This document shows positions 38,548-47,588 of a DNA stretch of 64,000 nucleotides, one piece after another (positions within the stretch are counted from its first letter, which is position 1; each line of letters opens with the position of its first letter). The notes beneath the pieces were generated by a model. The model saw nothing but the letters and a program-made list of their open reading frames with translations. It was not told the origin of the DNA and made no database searches. Location: NCBI GenBank assembly GCA_964401725.1, contig CAYNZM010000002.1, positions 3,711 to 67,710 of the forward strand, read 5' to 3'. The translations under genes and the position numbers were made by a program. Source of the DNA: an uncultured Oscillospiraceae bacterium (GTDB taxonomy: Bacteria > Bacillota > Clostridia > Oscillospirales > Oscillospiraceae).

Positions 38548-39554
38548 TAAAACTATTCATTTCATTCATCGCGGCTTTCGTCATCGCGGCGATGGTGGGG
38601 AAGTTCTATGTTCCCTGGCTCCGACGCATCAAGGCCGGACAGGAAATCAAAGAGATCGGTCCCAACTGGCACAAGACCAAGACCGGGACTCCCACCATGG
38701 GCGGAGTGATCTTCATCGCCGCCGTTACGCTGGTGGTGGTTACCGTGGGCTTTCCGGACTACACCCGGGGCAGCCGCGGCGCGCTGTTCGTGCTGCTGTT
38801 TTCTCTGTTTTTCGGGGCCATTGGCTTTCTGGACGACTTTGAAAAGCTCAAAAAGAAGCAAAATCTCGGCTTGTCCGCCCGGGCAAAATTCATCCTGCAG
38901 CTGGCTGTGGCGGTGGCCCTGCTGTACCTGCTGCGGCTGGAGGGGTATCTCGAGGCCCATCTTTACGTCCCCTTCTGGGGCGTGACCCTTCGCCTGCCGG
39001 AGTGGCTGTACTTCGTCTTCGCGGCTTTCGTCGTCGTCGGCACGGTGAACGCCGTGAACATCACCGACGGCCTGGACGGTCTCGCCGCCAGCGTCACCAT
39101 CCCCGTCATGGTGTACTACACCGCCATCGCGTATATGTGGGGACGGCAGTACGCCGGCCTCGACGTGTTCACCGCGGGCCTCACGGGCGGTCTTTTTGGC
39201 TTCCTGCTGTACAATTTCTATCCCGCCAAGTGCTTCATGGGGGACACCGGCAGCCTGTTCCTGGGCGGCGCGGTGTGCGGCATGGCCTTCGCGCTGGATA
39301 TGCCTCTCGTGCTGATCCCCGTGGGCATCATCTATCTGCTTGAGACCCTCTCCGACATCATCCAGGTGGGGTATTTCAAGCTCACCCACGGCAAACGGGT
39401 CTTCAAAATGGCTCCCTTCCACCACCATCTGGAAATGGGCGGCTGGACCGGCCGTAAGTGGAAGGAGACGGAGATCGTCGCCCTGTTTACCGGCGTCACC
39501 GTCGTTTTCTGCGTCATCGCGTTTCTCGGCACGGTCCGCCGCTATGGTCTCTGA
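38544..39554 (+). CDS. mraY: Phospho-N-acetylmuramoyl-pentapeptide transferase
   Basis: NAVNITDGLDGLA, FMGDTGSLFLGG and HHHLE motifs. ATGA overlap with murE. Confidence 0.95.
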   Translation: MIKLFISFIAAFVIAAMVGKFYVPWLRRIKAGQEIKEIGPNWHKTKTGTPTMGGVIFIAAVTLVVVTVGFPDYTRGSRGALFVLLFSLFFGAIGFLDDFEKLKKKQNLGLSARAKFILQLAVAVALLYLLRLEGYLEAHLYVPFWGVTLRLPEWLYFVFAAFVVVGTVNAVNITDGLDGLAASVTIPVMVYYTAIAYMWGRQYAGLDVFTAGLTGGLFGFLLYNFYPAKCFMGDTGSLFLGGAVCGMAFALDMPLVLIPVGIIYLLETLSDIIQVGYFKLTHGKRVFKMAPFHHHLEMGGWTGRKWKETEIVALFTGVTVVFCVIAFLGTVRRYGL

Positions 39555-39587
39555 TCGTCTGCCACGGAAAGGGAGGGACATCCGACC

Positions 39588-40760
39588 GTGAACGAAATGA
39601 ACTCCATCCGCTACGAAAACACTCGTTTGGCGGACTACACCGAGGACAACAGCATCGACCGCGGCTCGGTGGACATCCCCTTCGCCATGCTGGCTCTGCT
39701 GCTGCTGGCCATCGGGGTGGTCATGGTGCTTTCCTCCAGCTATGCCCGCGCGTACTATGACGTGGAGGGCATCACTCGGCACAATGCCACGTATTACTTC
39801 GTCCGGCAGGCGCTGTTCGCCTTGTGCGGCGTGGGCGTGATGCTGGTGTGCTCCCGGCTTCCCATGGGGTTTTACCGCCGGGTATCCTTTATCGTGTTCA
39901 TCGTCTCCATCGTCCTGCTGGTCCTCGTGGCCTTTATCGGCGCGGTGGGCGGCGGCGCGAAACGCTGGATCGACCTGGGCTTTACCACCGTCCAGCCCTC
40001 GGAGGTCACGAAGATCGGCGTGGTGCTGTATTTTTCCCTGCTGATCTGCCAGAAAAAAGAAGACATCCGCACCCTGCGGGGTCTCGTGCCCTTCGTGGGG
40101 TGGCTGGGCCTCGTCGCCGTCCTGCTGGCCATGGAGCCCCACTGGTCTGCCCTCGCCATCATCGGCGCCTTGGGCCTCGTGCTGCTTTTCGTGGGCGGCG
40201 CGGAGCTGAAGCTCTTCATCTACGGCCTTCTTGGCGCAGGGGGTGCGGCGGGCCTTGCCTACGCCCTGTTTCCCTACGTTCGCCAGCGGCTCACGGCGTG
40301 GACGGATCCCTTCGCGGACCTCACCGGCTCCGGCTGGCAGGTGGCTCAGTCCCTGTATTCCATCGGCTCCGGGGGGCTTCTGGGCCTCGGTCTAGGAAAC
40401 TCCCGGCAGAAGTACCTCTACCTCCCGGAGGAGCACAACGACTACATCTTCTCCATCGTCTGCGAGGAGCTGGGCTTTATCGGGGCGGTCCTCATTCTTG
40501 CCCTGTTCGCCCTGCTGATCCTCCGGGGCTACTGGCTCGCCATGCACGCCCGGGATCGGTATTCCTGCCTTGTGTGCGTCGGCATCACGACGCTGTTTGC
40601 CCTGCAGGTCATCCTGAACGTGGCGGTCTGCACGAACACCATCCCCAGCACGGGCATCTCCCTGCCGCTGTTCAGCTACGGCGGCACAGCGCTTCTGCTG
40701 CAGATGGGGGAGATCGGCATCATCCTGTCCATGTCCCGGGACATCCCGGAAAAGAGGTAG
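39588..40760 (+). CDS. ftsW: SEDS-family peptidoglycan polymerase FtsW/SpoVE
   Basis: QPSEVTKIGVVLYF, EEHNDYIFSIVCEELG and LPLFSYGGTALL motifs. Confidence 0.9.
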   Translation: MNEMNSIRYENTRLADYTEDNSIDRGSVDIPFAMLALLLLAIGVVMVLSSSYARAYYDVEGITRHNATYYFVRQALFALCGVGVMLVCSRLPMGFYRRVSFIVFIVSIVLLVLVAFIGAVGGGAKRWIDLGFTTVQPSEVTKIGVVLYFSLLICQKKEDIRTLRGLVPFVGWLGLVAVLLAMEPHWSALAIIGALGLVLLFVGGAELKLFIYGLLGAGGAAGLAYALFPYVRQRLTAWTDPFADLTGSGWQVAQSLYSIGSGGLLGLGLGNSRQKYLYLPEEHNDYIFSIVCEELGFIGAVLILALFALLILRGYWLAMHARDRYSCLVCVGITTLFALQVILNVAVCTNTIPSTGISLPLFSYGGTALLLQMGEIGIILSMSRDIPEKR

Positions 40761-40763
40761 CCT

Positions 40764-41882
40764 ATGCGTGTTTTGTTCACCTGCGGCGGCACCGCGGGCC
40801 ACATAAATCCCGCCCTGGGTGTGGCGGGCCGCATCCGGGAGCTGATTCCTGACGCCGAGGTCCTATTCGTCGGCGCGGAGGGCCGGATGGAGACGGAACT
40901 GGTCCCCCGGGAGGGATACGCCCTGCGGACCATCCGCATCGCCGGGTTCCGCCGGGGTCTCAGCGGCAAGAACATCCGGGAAAACCTCCGCACCGCGGAG
41001 CTCCTGCGGAAGGCTGTCGCGGATTCCAAGCGCATCATCCGTGAGTTTCAGCCGGATGTCGCCGTGGGCACGGGGGGCTATGTCTGCTATCCCGTCCTGC
41101 TGGCTGCCTCCCGCCTGGGGGTTCCCACGGCGGTGCATGAGTCCAACGCCGTTCCCGGCCTCACCACCCGGCTTCTGGAGCGTTCTGTCGATCAGATCAT
41201 GGTGGGCCTGGAAGAAAGCCGCGGCGCCTACCGGGACCCCTCCAAGGTGGAGCTCACCGGCACGCCCGTGCGGGTGGAGTTTCTCCACGCGGATCGGGCC
41301 AGGGCCCGCCGGGAACTGGGCCTTCCGGCGGAGGAACCCATCGTTGTCGCCACCTTCGGCTCTCTCGGCGCGGGGTATATGAATGACCGCATGCTGGAGT
41401 TCATCCGCCGCATGGGAACCGAGCCGGATTTCCGCCTTATTTACGGCACCGGAAAGCAGTACTATGAATCTGTCTGGGAGCGCCTCCCGGGCCTCCCTAT
41501 GCGGGTGGACCTGCGGGAGTACATCTACGACATGCCCAAGATCATGGCGGCGGCGGATGTGATCCTCTGCCGGGCGGGAGCCTCCACCATCGGAGAGCTG
41601 ACCTGTCTCGGAAAGCCTGCCGTCATTGTCCCCAGTCCCAACGTGGTGAATCACCACCAGGAAAAGAACGCCAAAGTCCTCGCGGATGCCGGGGCGGCCC
41701 GGATGCTTCTGGAGGGCCGATTCGACGGCGGCGGGCTTTATGACACCGTAAAATCCCTGTTGGACGACTCGGAAGCTCTCGCATCCATGCACAAGGCCTC
41801 TGAGGACATGGGCGTGAAAAACGCCACTGACCGCATCACGTCCCTGGTATTGGGACTTGCGGAGACACAGAGAAAAGGATAA
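40764..41882 (+). CDS. murG: UDP-GlcNAc:lipid I GlcNAc transferase
   Basis: GGTAGHINPAL N-terminus, and CRAGASTIGEL with HQEKNA in the C-terminal half. Confidence 0.95.
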   Translation: MRVLFTCGGTAGHINPALGVAGRIRELIPDAEVLFVGAEGRMETELVPREGYALRTIRIAGFRRGLSGKNIRENLRTAELLRKAVADSKRIIREFQPDVAVGTGGYVCYPVLLAASRLGVPTAVHESNAVPGLTTRLLERSVDQIMVGLEESRGAYRDPSKVELTGTPVRVEFLHADRARARRELGLPAEEPIVVATFGSLGAGYMNDRMLEFIRRMGTEPDFRLIYGTGKQYYESVWERLPGLPMRVDLREYIYDMPKIMAAADVILCRAGASTIGELTCLGKPAVIVPSPNVVNHHQEKNAKVLADAGAARMLLEGRFDGGGLYDTVKSLLDDSEALASMHKASEDMGVKNATDRITSLVLGLAETQRKG

Positions 41883-41887
41883 TTTTT

Positions 41888-42646
41888 ATGGCAAGATATG
41901 ACCGCTACGGCGCTGCCCGGAAGCGAAAAAAACGCGGTTCCCTGTTCGTGCCCGTCTCCGTTCTGCTGGTGGGGGCGGCGCTGCTGTTCGGCATGGGCGT
42001 GTTCTTCCGGGTCCAGACCATCGAGGTGGAGGGGGCGGTCTCCTATACCGACGAGGAGATCATTGCCGCCTCAGGCATCGACCTGGGGGACAACCTCTTT
42101 TTCGTAAACCGGTTTTCCGCCTCCAGCCGGATATTCGCCCAGCTTCCCCTGGTGGAGGAGGCCTCCATCGAGCGAAGCCTGCCCAACAAGATCATCATCA
42201 CCGTGGACGAGAGCTACTCCCTGGCCTGCGTGGGCTGGGAGGGGCAGACCTGGATGATGACGGGAAACTGCAAGCTTCTGGGCACCGGGGACGGGGAAGA
42301 GCTTGCCGGCCTCGTCCGGGTCAAAAACATCACTCCTATCTCCCCCAAGGCCGGAGAGATTCTGGCGGTGGACGAATCCGAGAGCCTGAAGCTGACCTAT
42401 TTGCAGGAGCTTCTGCGGGCCATGCAGCAGATGGATATGATCGGGGATGTGTCCGAGCTGGACATGGAAAACTCCGCCGATCCCACCTTCCGCTACCTGG
42501 ACCGCTTCACGGTCCGCATGGGACCGAACGACAACACGGAGTACAAGCTCCGCATGCTCCTGAGCGCCGTCGCCCAGATGGAGGAAGACGTGACCGGCAC
42601 GGTGTATCTCTCCGAGGGGACCACAGTCCACGTCAGCCCGGACTGA
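41888..42646 (+). CDS. ftsQ: Cell division protein FtsQ/DivIB (POTRA)
   Basis: N-terminal TM segment, POTRA-like IEVEGAVSYTDEEIIAASGIDLGDNLF, and the dcw position before ftsZ. Confidence 0.75.
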   Translation: MARYDRYGAARKRKKRGSLFVPVSVLLVGAALLFGMGVFFRVQTIEVEGAVSYTDEEIIAASGIDLGDNLFFVNRFSASSRIFAQLPLVEEASIERSLPNKIIITVDESYSLACVGWEGQTWMMTGNCKLLGTGDGEELAGLVRVKNITPISPKAGEILAVDESESLKLTYLQELLRAMQQMDMIGDVSELDMENSADPTFRYLDRFTVRMGPNDNTEYKLRMLLSAVAQMEEDVTGTVYLSEGTTVHVSPD

Positions 42647-42683
42647 TTTTTCGTTAATTTACATAATATTTTTCAAGAAACTA

Positions 42684-42712
42684 TTGACCTGACCGCATTT
42701 TCGTAATAAAAT
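42684..42712 (+). promoter_or_regulatory. Candidate ftsZ-proximal promoter (TTGACC-17-TAAAAT)
   Basis: Read directly in the AT-rich gap after ftsQ. Confidence 0.5.
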
Positions 42713-42772
42713 GTAACTGATGTAATTTGGACGGAAATGCCGTTTACTTCATACACGGGAGGCACTTTGATT

Positions 42773-43903
42773 ATGGCAGATCGCATCGTTGAAACCGGTC
42801 CGGAGAATGTAGTCACGCTGAAGGTCGTCGGCATCGGCGGCGCCGGCGGAAACGTTGTCAACCGCATGGTCGGTTCCGGCACCAGCGGCGTGGACTTCAT
42901 CGCCGTAAACACGGACCGCCAGGCTCTTTCCATGTCCACCGCGGACCAGAAGATCCAGATCGGTGAAAAGCTCACCCACGGCCAGGGCGCGGGCAGCGAC
43001 CCTGCCGTCGGCAGTAAGGCCGCGGAGGAGAGCCGCAACGAGATCGCAAAGGCCCTGGAGGGCACGGACATGGTCTTCATCACCGCCGGTATGGGAGGCG
43101 GCACCGGCACCGGCGCCGGGCCTGTGGTGGCGGACATCGCCAGGGAAGCCGGCATCCTCACCGTCGGCGTCGTCACGAAGCCTTTCGGCTTCGAAGGCAA
43201 GAAGCGCATGACCCAGGCCATGAACGGCATCGACGAGCTTCTCGGCAAGGTGGACAGCCTCCTCGTTATCCCGAACGACCGCCTGAAATACGCCACCGAC
43301 CAGAAGGTGACCTTCGCGAACGCCTTCGAGATCGCGGACGAGGTCCTGCACCAGGCCGTCACCAGCATTTCCGACCTCATCAAAAACACCGGCTTCATCA
43401 ACCTTGACTTTGCCGATGTCTGCACCATCATGCGGGATGCCGGCTACGCTCACATGGGCGTGGGCCACGCCGTCGGCAAAGGCAAGGCGGAGGACGCCGC
43501 TCAGATGGCGATTTCCAGCCCGCTCATGGAGACCTCTATCAACGGCGCCCGGGGCGTCCTCATCAACATCACCGGCTCCGAGGACATGGGCCTCGAGGAC
43601 GTGGAGGTCGCCGCGAACCTGGTCCAGGCCGCCGCGCACCCCGACGCCAACATCATCTTCGGCGCCTCGTTCGACAACACCATGGAGGACGAGATCCGCG
43701 TCATCGTCATCGCCACCGGCTTCGACGACGACAGCCCTACGGCGAAGGCCGTCGCCACCGCCGCCGCTCCTTCCGCTCCCGTGGAGGACGCGAAGGAAAA
43801 CCTCTTCTCTGCCGCCGCGGAGTCCGTGGCCGACGCCCGTCCCGCCTCCGGCGAAGAGGAAGACCCCTTTGACAGTATCTTCAAGATATTCAACTCCAAG
43901 TAA
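42773..43903 (+). CDS. ftsZ: Cell division protein FtsZ
   Basis: [13 protein letters not shown] and the tubulin signature [15 protein letters not shown], with a conserved C-terminal peptide [10 protein letters not shown]. Start trimmed to MADRIVE after GGGAGG. Confidence 0.95.
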   Translation: MADRIVETGPENVVTLKVVGIGGAGGNVVNRMVGSGTSGVDFIAVNTDRQALSMSTADQKIQIGEKLTHGQGAGSDPAVGSKAAEESRNEIAKALEGTDMVFITAGMGGGTGTGAGPVVADIAREAGILTVGVVTKPFGFEGKKRMTQAMNGIDELLGKVDSLLVIPNDRLKYATDQKVTFANAFEIADEVLHQAVTSISDLIKNTGFINLDFADVCTIMRDAGYAHMGVGHAVGKGKAEDAAQMAISSPLMETSINGARGVLINITGSEDMGLEDVEVAANLVQAAAHPDANIIFGASFDNTMEDEIRVIVIATGFDDDSPTAKAVATAAAPSAPVEDAKENLFSAAAESVADARPASGEEEDPFDSIFKIFNSK

Positions 43904-43921
43904 TTTTCCGGTACAATCAGT

Positions 43922-43959
43922 CATCCCTGTTCGGACGAACCGGACAGGGATGTTTTTTA
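43922..43959 (+). terminator. Intrinsic terminator after ftsZ
   Basis: CATCCCTGTTCGG...CCGGACAGGGATG followed by TTTTTT. Confidence 0.7.
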
Positions 43960-44439
43960 TCCAAAGCAGCGCCGGATAAAGGATCGCTTCTCCGCGGCGG
44001 CGCATTGGACCTCAGCGGCATAATGCCGGAAGAGCTCCGCCAGCTCCCCGTCGGCTCTCCGGGCGGCCTCCTCACAGGCTTCCGCAGCTTCCTCGTCCCG
44101 GAGCATGGCGCTCCGCAGGGCCTCCAGGGGATGACCGGGCAGGGGGCAGGATGAGCTCTCTCGATCACGTACGCCGTCGGCCAGAAACGCCTCCGCCCGC
44201 AGACGGTTGGCGCGGCAGGATGCCTGCCTTGCGTGGCGCAGGAGCATGGTCCGTCCGTCTCCCCGCAGGCGGGAGGCGAGGCATCGGTCGAATTCCGCCG
44301 CCTGCCGGGCTTTTTCCGCCATCTCCGCGAGATGCAGCCCGGAGGAGGGAAGAGATGCCTCCGTTCCATTCACCCGCGTCCATACGCCCTCAAAGCCCTC
44401 CAGCGCCGCTTGCCAGCGCAGGGTTTGTTCCGTCTCCAT
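43957..44439 (-). CDS. Hypothetical helical protein, 160 aa
   Basis: GGGAGG lies 9 nt before the ATG, and the gene ends at the ftsZ-side terminator. No family was recognised. The sequence is Ala/Arg/Glu-rich with several Cys. Confidence 0.5.
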   Translation of the reverse strand: METEQTLRWQAALEGFEGVWTRVNGTEASLPSSGLHLAEMAEKARQAAEFDRCLASRLRGDGRTMLLRHARQASCRANRLRAEAFLADGVRDRESSSCPLPGHPLEALRSAMLRDEEAAEACEEAARRADGELAELFRHYAAEVQCAAAEKRSFIRRCFG

Positions 44440-44493
44440 AATAAATGACCTCCCGCGGCATTCTATGCGGGAGGTCGATTTGGTTGTGCGGGA

Positions 44494-45351
44494 TCAGCGG
44501 TAGCCGTGGGTGCGGACGGAGTTCAGCACAACCGCGAAGCCGTCGGGATCCAGGTGGATGCCGTCGCCGTTGCAGTAGTCCTCCACGAGGTTCCCGGTGG
44601 CGTCCATCAAGGCGTCGTGGGTGTTGAGGTAGCGGGTGCCGGTGCTGACGGCGATGTCGTAGAGCCACCCGTTCGCGGCGTTCACCCGGGCGTTATCGAT
44701 GCCCTCCGGAGCCTGGCTGTCGATGACGGGGTAGATAGAGTGGCAGATGATCTTCGTGTCTGGGCTGACAGCCAGGATGCCGCCGATGAGGTCCGTGTAT
44801 TCCTCCTTAAAGGAGCTTTCGTCCATGAAGGAAATGCCATTCACGCCCAGGGTGATGACGAGGATGTCCGGCTGTATCTCCGCGGCGGCGTCCCGGATGC
44901 TCATGCTGCGCTTGGAGCCGTCGGCGGCGTAGATGTCCAGCTCGGCGTAGCTCTGGGCGTTCAGGGTCAGGGTGCCGCTGGAGGGGGTCCAGACCTGCTG
45001 AGAGGGCAAAACGCCGTAGGCCAGCATGCCGTAGGTGGTGCTGTCCCCCAGGAATATGATCCGGGAGAGGTATCCCTCCCCCATGTCCTCCGTGAGCTGC
45101 AGCTCCGTGGGGATGGGCTCCGGCGTGGGCTCGGCGGTGGGGTCGGGAGCCGTGTCGGGAGCGGTTTCGAGGGCCGTTTCCAGGTCCGTTTCGGCGGCGG
45201 TTTCCGGCGTTTCGATGATGGCGGCGGTCTCTGCCTTCGGGGCTCTGGTGCAGGATGCGAACAGGGTGGCGAACATGGCCGCGATGGCGCAGATCACGAC
45301 GCAGACCGTCCAGAGAAGGTGGAAGGTCCCTCGCGGGTTGGACTTTTTCAT
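44494..45351 (-). CDS. SGNH/GDSL hydrolase-family lipoprotein
   Basis: Lipobox LFASC, an acidic Pro/Thr/Glu linker, block I IIFLGDSTTYG and block V GDGIHL. Confidence 0.75.
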   Translation of the reverse strand: MKKSNPRGTFHLLWTVCVVICAIAAMFATLFASCTRAPKAETAAIIETPETAAETDLETALETAPDTAPDPTAEPTPEPIPTELQLTEDMGEGYLSRIIFLGDSTTYGMLAYGVLPSQQVWTPSSGTLTLNAQSYAELDIYAADGSKRSMSIRDAAAEIQPDILVITLGVNGISFMDESSFKEEYTDLIGGILAVSPDTKIICHSIYPVIDSQAPEGIDNARVNAANGWLYDIAVSTGTRYLNTHDALMDATGNLVEDYCNGDGIHLDPDGFAVVLNSVRTHGYR

Positions 45352-45371
45352 GATGGGTACTCCTGTAGGAA

Positions 45372-45395
45372 CAGGGGAAGCCGACGCTTCCCCTG
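45372..45395 (-). terminator. Hairpin between the EF-G paralogue and the SGNH gene (weak or partial terminator)
   Basis: CAGGGGAAGC-loop-GCTTCCCCTG. The U-tract on the minus strand is poor. Confidence 0.35.
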
Positions 45396-45415
45396 TGGAA
45401 ATTCTGTTCTGTGAG

Positions 45416-47446
45416 TTACTCGGCGTCGGCGCGGGCCTTGGCCTCCTCGATGATCTTCTGCTGGACGTTGGCGGGGACCTCGTCGTAGCGGACGAACTCC
45501 AGGGTGAAGGAACCTCGGCCCTGGGTCATGCTGCGCAGGTCGATGGCGTAGGTGGTGACCTCGGCCATGGGGACCTCGGCCTCGATGACCTGCATGCCGT
45601 CGTGAGCGTTCATGCCCAGCATGGTGCCGCGGCGCTTGGACTGGATGTCGGAGAGGATGTCGCCCATGTTGGCGTCGGGGACGGTGATCTTCATGAGGCC
45701 GATGGGCTCCATGATGACGGGGTTCGCGTTCACGAGCTCCTTATAGGCGAGGCCGGCCGCGGTTTTGAAGGCCATTTCGGAGGAGTCCACGGGGTGATAG
45801 CCGCCGTCGTACAGCACGGCCTTGAGGTACACCATGGGATACCCGGCGAGAACACCCTTCTCGCAGCATTCCCGCAGGCCCTTTTCGACGGCGGGGAAGA
45901 AGTTCTTGGGCACGGAGCCGCCGAAAACCTCCTCGGCGAAGATCATGTCCTCCTGCTCGGTCTGGGGCTCGAAGCGGATCTTAACGTCGGCGAACTGGCC
46001 GTGACCGCCGGTCTGCTTCTTGTGGCGGCCGTGGGTGTCCAGGGTCTTGCGGATTTTTTCGCGGTAAGCGACGCGGGCGGGGGAGAGCTCCACCTCCACG
46101 CCGAATTTGCTCTTGAGCTTGGAGCAGAGGACGTTGATGTGCATGTCACCGGCGCCGGCAACCACCTGCTGGTGGGTCTCAGCGTTCAGGGTGACGGAGA
46201 AGGTGGGGTCCTCCTCGTTCAGGCGGGCAAGGCCCTGGGCGACCTTGTCGTCCTGGCCCTTGACCTTCGGGGCGATGGCCATCTGGTAGCAGGGAACGTC
46301 AAACTCGATGCCGGGAAGAGCCTCCACCGCGCCGGGAGCGCAGAGGGTGTCGCCGGTCTTGGTGTCGGAGAGCTTGGACACCGCGCCGAAGTCGCCGCAG
46401 CCGATCTCGGGGACCTCAGTGTTCTTCTTGCCCTGCATGGCATAGACGTGACCGAGCTTCTCCTTGGCGTCGGAACGGGCGTTCGTGAGAGTCATGTCGC
46501 CGGTGACCTTGCCGGAGATAACCTTGAACAGGGAGAACTTGCCGAACTGGTCGGAGACGGTCTTGTAGACGATGACCTTCGTGGGGCCGTTGGGATCGAG
46601 AGCTGCGCCGTTTTCGCTGGGCTCGGGGAAGATGGAGATGGCGGCGTCCAGCAGGACCCGGGTGCCGAGGCCCGTGAAGGCGCTGCCGCAGTATACCGGG
46701 CAGATGCTGCCGTCGGCCACGGCGGTGCTCAGGGCGCCGGAGATTTCCTCCGGGGAGAGCTCCATGGTCTCGAAGTACTTCTCCATGAGCTCCTCGCTGG
46801 TCTCCGCGGCGGACTCGGCAAGCTCGGTGTAGAGTTCCTCGAGACGGCCTTCCATCGCGGCGGGAACGGGGATGTCAACCCGCTTGTTACCCTCTATCTT
46901 GAAGGCTTTCTTCGTGAGGACGTCCACAACGCCGATGTATTTGTCGCCTTCTTTGATGGGCTCGGTCATGGCGCAGACGGAGTTGCCGAAGGCTTCCCGC
47001 AGGCTGTCGAAGGTCTTGTCGAAGTCGGCGTGATCCTCGTCCAGCTTGGAGATGTAGATGGCGCGGGGCTTGTTCGAGGTCTTGAGGAGCTTCCAGCTCT
47101 TCTCCGCGCCGACGTTCAAACCGTCCTTCGCGGAGACGCAGATGACGCCGATATCCGCCACGCGGAGGGCCTGACGCACCTCACCGGCGAAGTCGAAGAA
47201 GCCCGGGGTGTCGATGATATTGAGCTTGTACCCCTGCCAGTTGGCGTACATGGTGGCGGCGGAGATGCTGATCTGGCGGCGGACCTCCTCCGGGTCGAAA
47301 TCGGAGACGGTGTTGCCGTCCACGACCCTGCCCAGGCGGTCGGTCATGCCGGCGATGGAGAGGATGCTCTCCGCGAGGGTGGTCTTGCCGTTTCCGCCGT
47401 GGCCGAGCAGAGCGATGTTGCGAATTTTCTTCAGTTCAGTGCTCAT
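45416..47446 (-). CDS. Elongation factor G paralogue (EF-G2-like translational GTPase)
   Basis: G1 motif GHGGNGKTT (not the canonical AHIDAGKTT), DTPGFFDF, SKLD, and EF-G domains II-V. The gene is not in an rpsL-rpsG-fusA-tuf context. Start trimmed to MSTELKK. Confidence 0.9.
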   Translation of the reverse strand: MSTELKKIRNIALLGHGGNGKTTLAESILSIAGMTDRLGRVVDGNTVSDFDPEEVRRQISISAATMYANWQGYKLNIIDTPGFFDFAGEVRQALRVADIGVICVSAKDGLNVGAEKSWKLLKTSNKPRAIYISKLDEDHADFDKTFDSLREAFGNSVCAMTEPIKEGDKYIGVVDVLTKKAFKIEGNKRVDIPVPAAMEGRLEELYTELAESAAETSEELMEKYFETMELSPEEISGALSTAVADGSICPVYCGSAFTGLGTRVLLDAAISIFPEPSENGAALDPNGPTKVIVYKTVSDQFGKFSLFKVISGKVTGDMTLTNARSDAKEKLGHVYAMQGKKNTEVPEIGCGDFGAVSKLSDTKTGDTLCAPGAVEALPGIEFDVPCYQMAIAPKVKGQDDKVAQGLARLNEEDPTFSVTLNAETHQQVVAGAGDMHINVLCSKLKSKFGVEVELSPARVAYREKIRKTLDTHGRHKKQTGGHGQFADVKIRFEPQTEQEDMIFAEEVFGGSVPKNFFPAVEKGLRECCEKGVLAGYPMVYLKAVLYDGGYHPVDSSEMAFKTAAGLAYKELVNANPVIMEPIGLMKITVPDANMGDILSDIQSKRRGTMLGMNAHDGMQVIEAEVPMAEVTTYAIDLRSMTQGRGSFTLEFVRYDEVPANVQQKIIEEAKARADAE

Positions 47447-47523
47447 TGGGTTTTCTCCTTCTATTGATTGAAAACAAAATTCAAAACACAGATCAAAGCG
47501 CTTTTGGTGCGCCACGATTAAAT

Positions 47524-47552
47524 ATTATACACGATTGCATAAAAATTGGCAA
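47524..47552 (-). promoter_or_regulatory. Candidate promoter of the EF-G paralogue (TTGCCA-17-TATAAT on minus strand)
   Basis: The plus strand reads ATTATA (47524-47529) and TGGCAA (47547-47552). Confidence 0.5.
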
Positions 47553-47588
47553 TAGCCTATCGCGGTTAAATCACGCTTGCCGGAGTTT

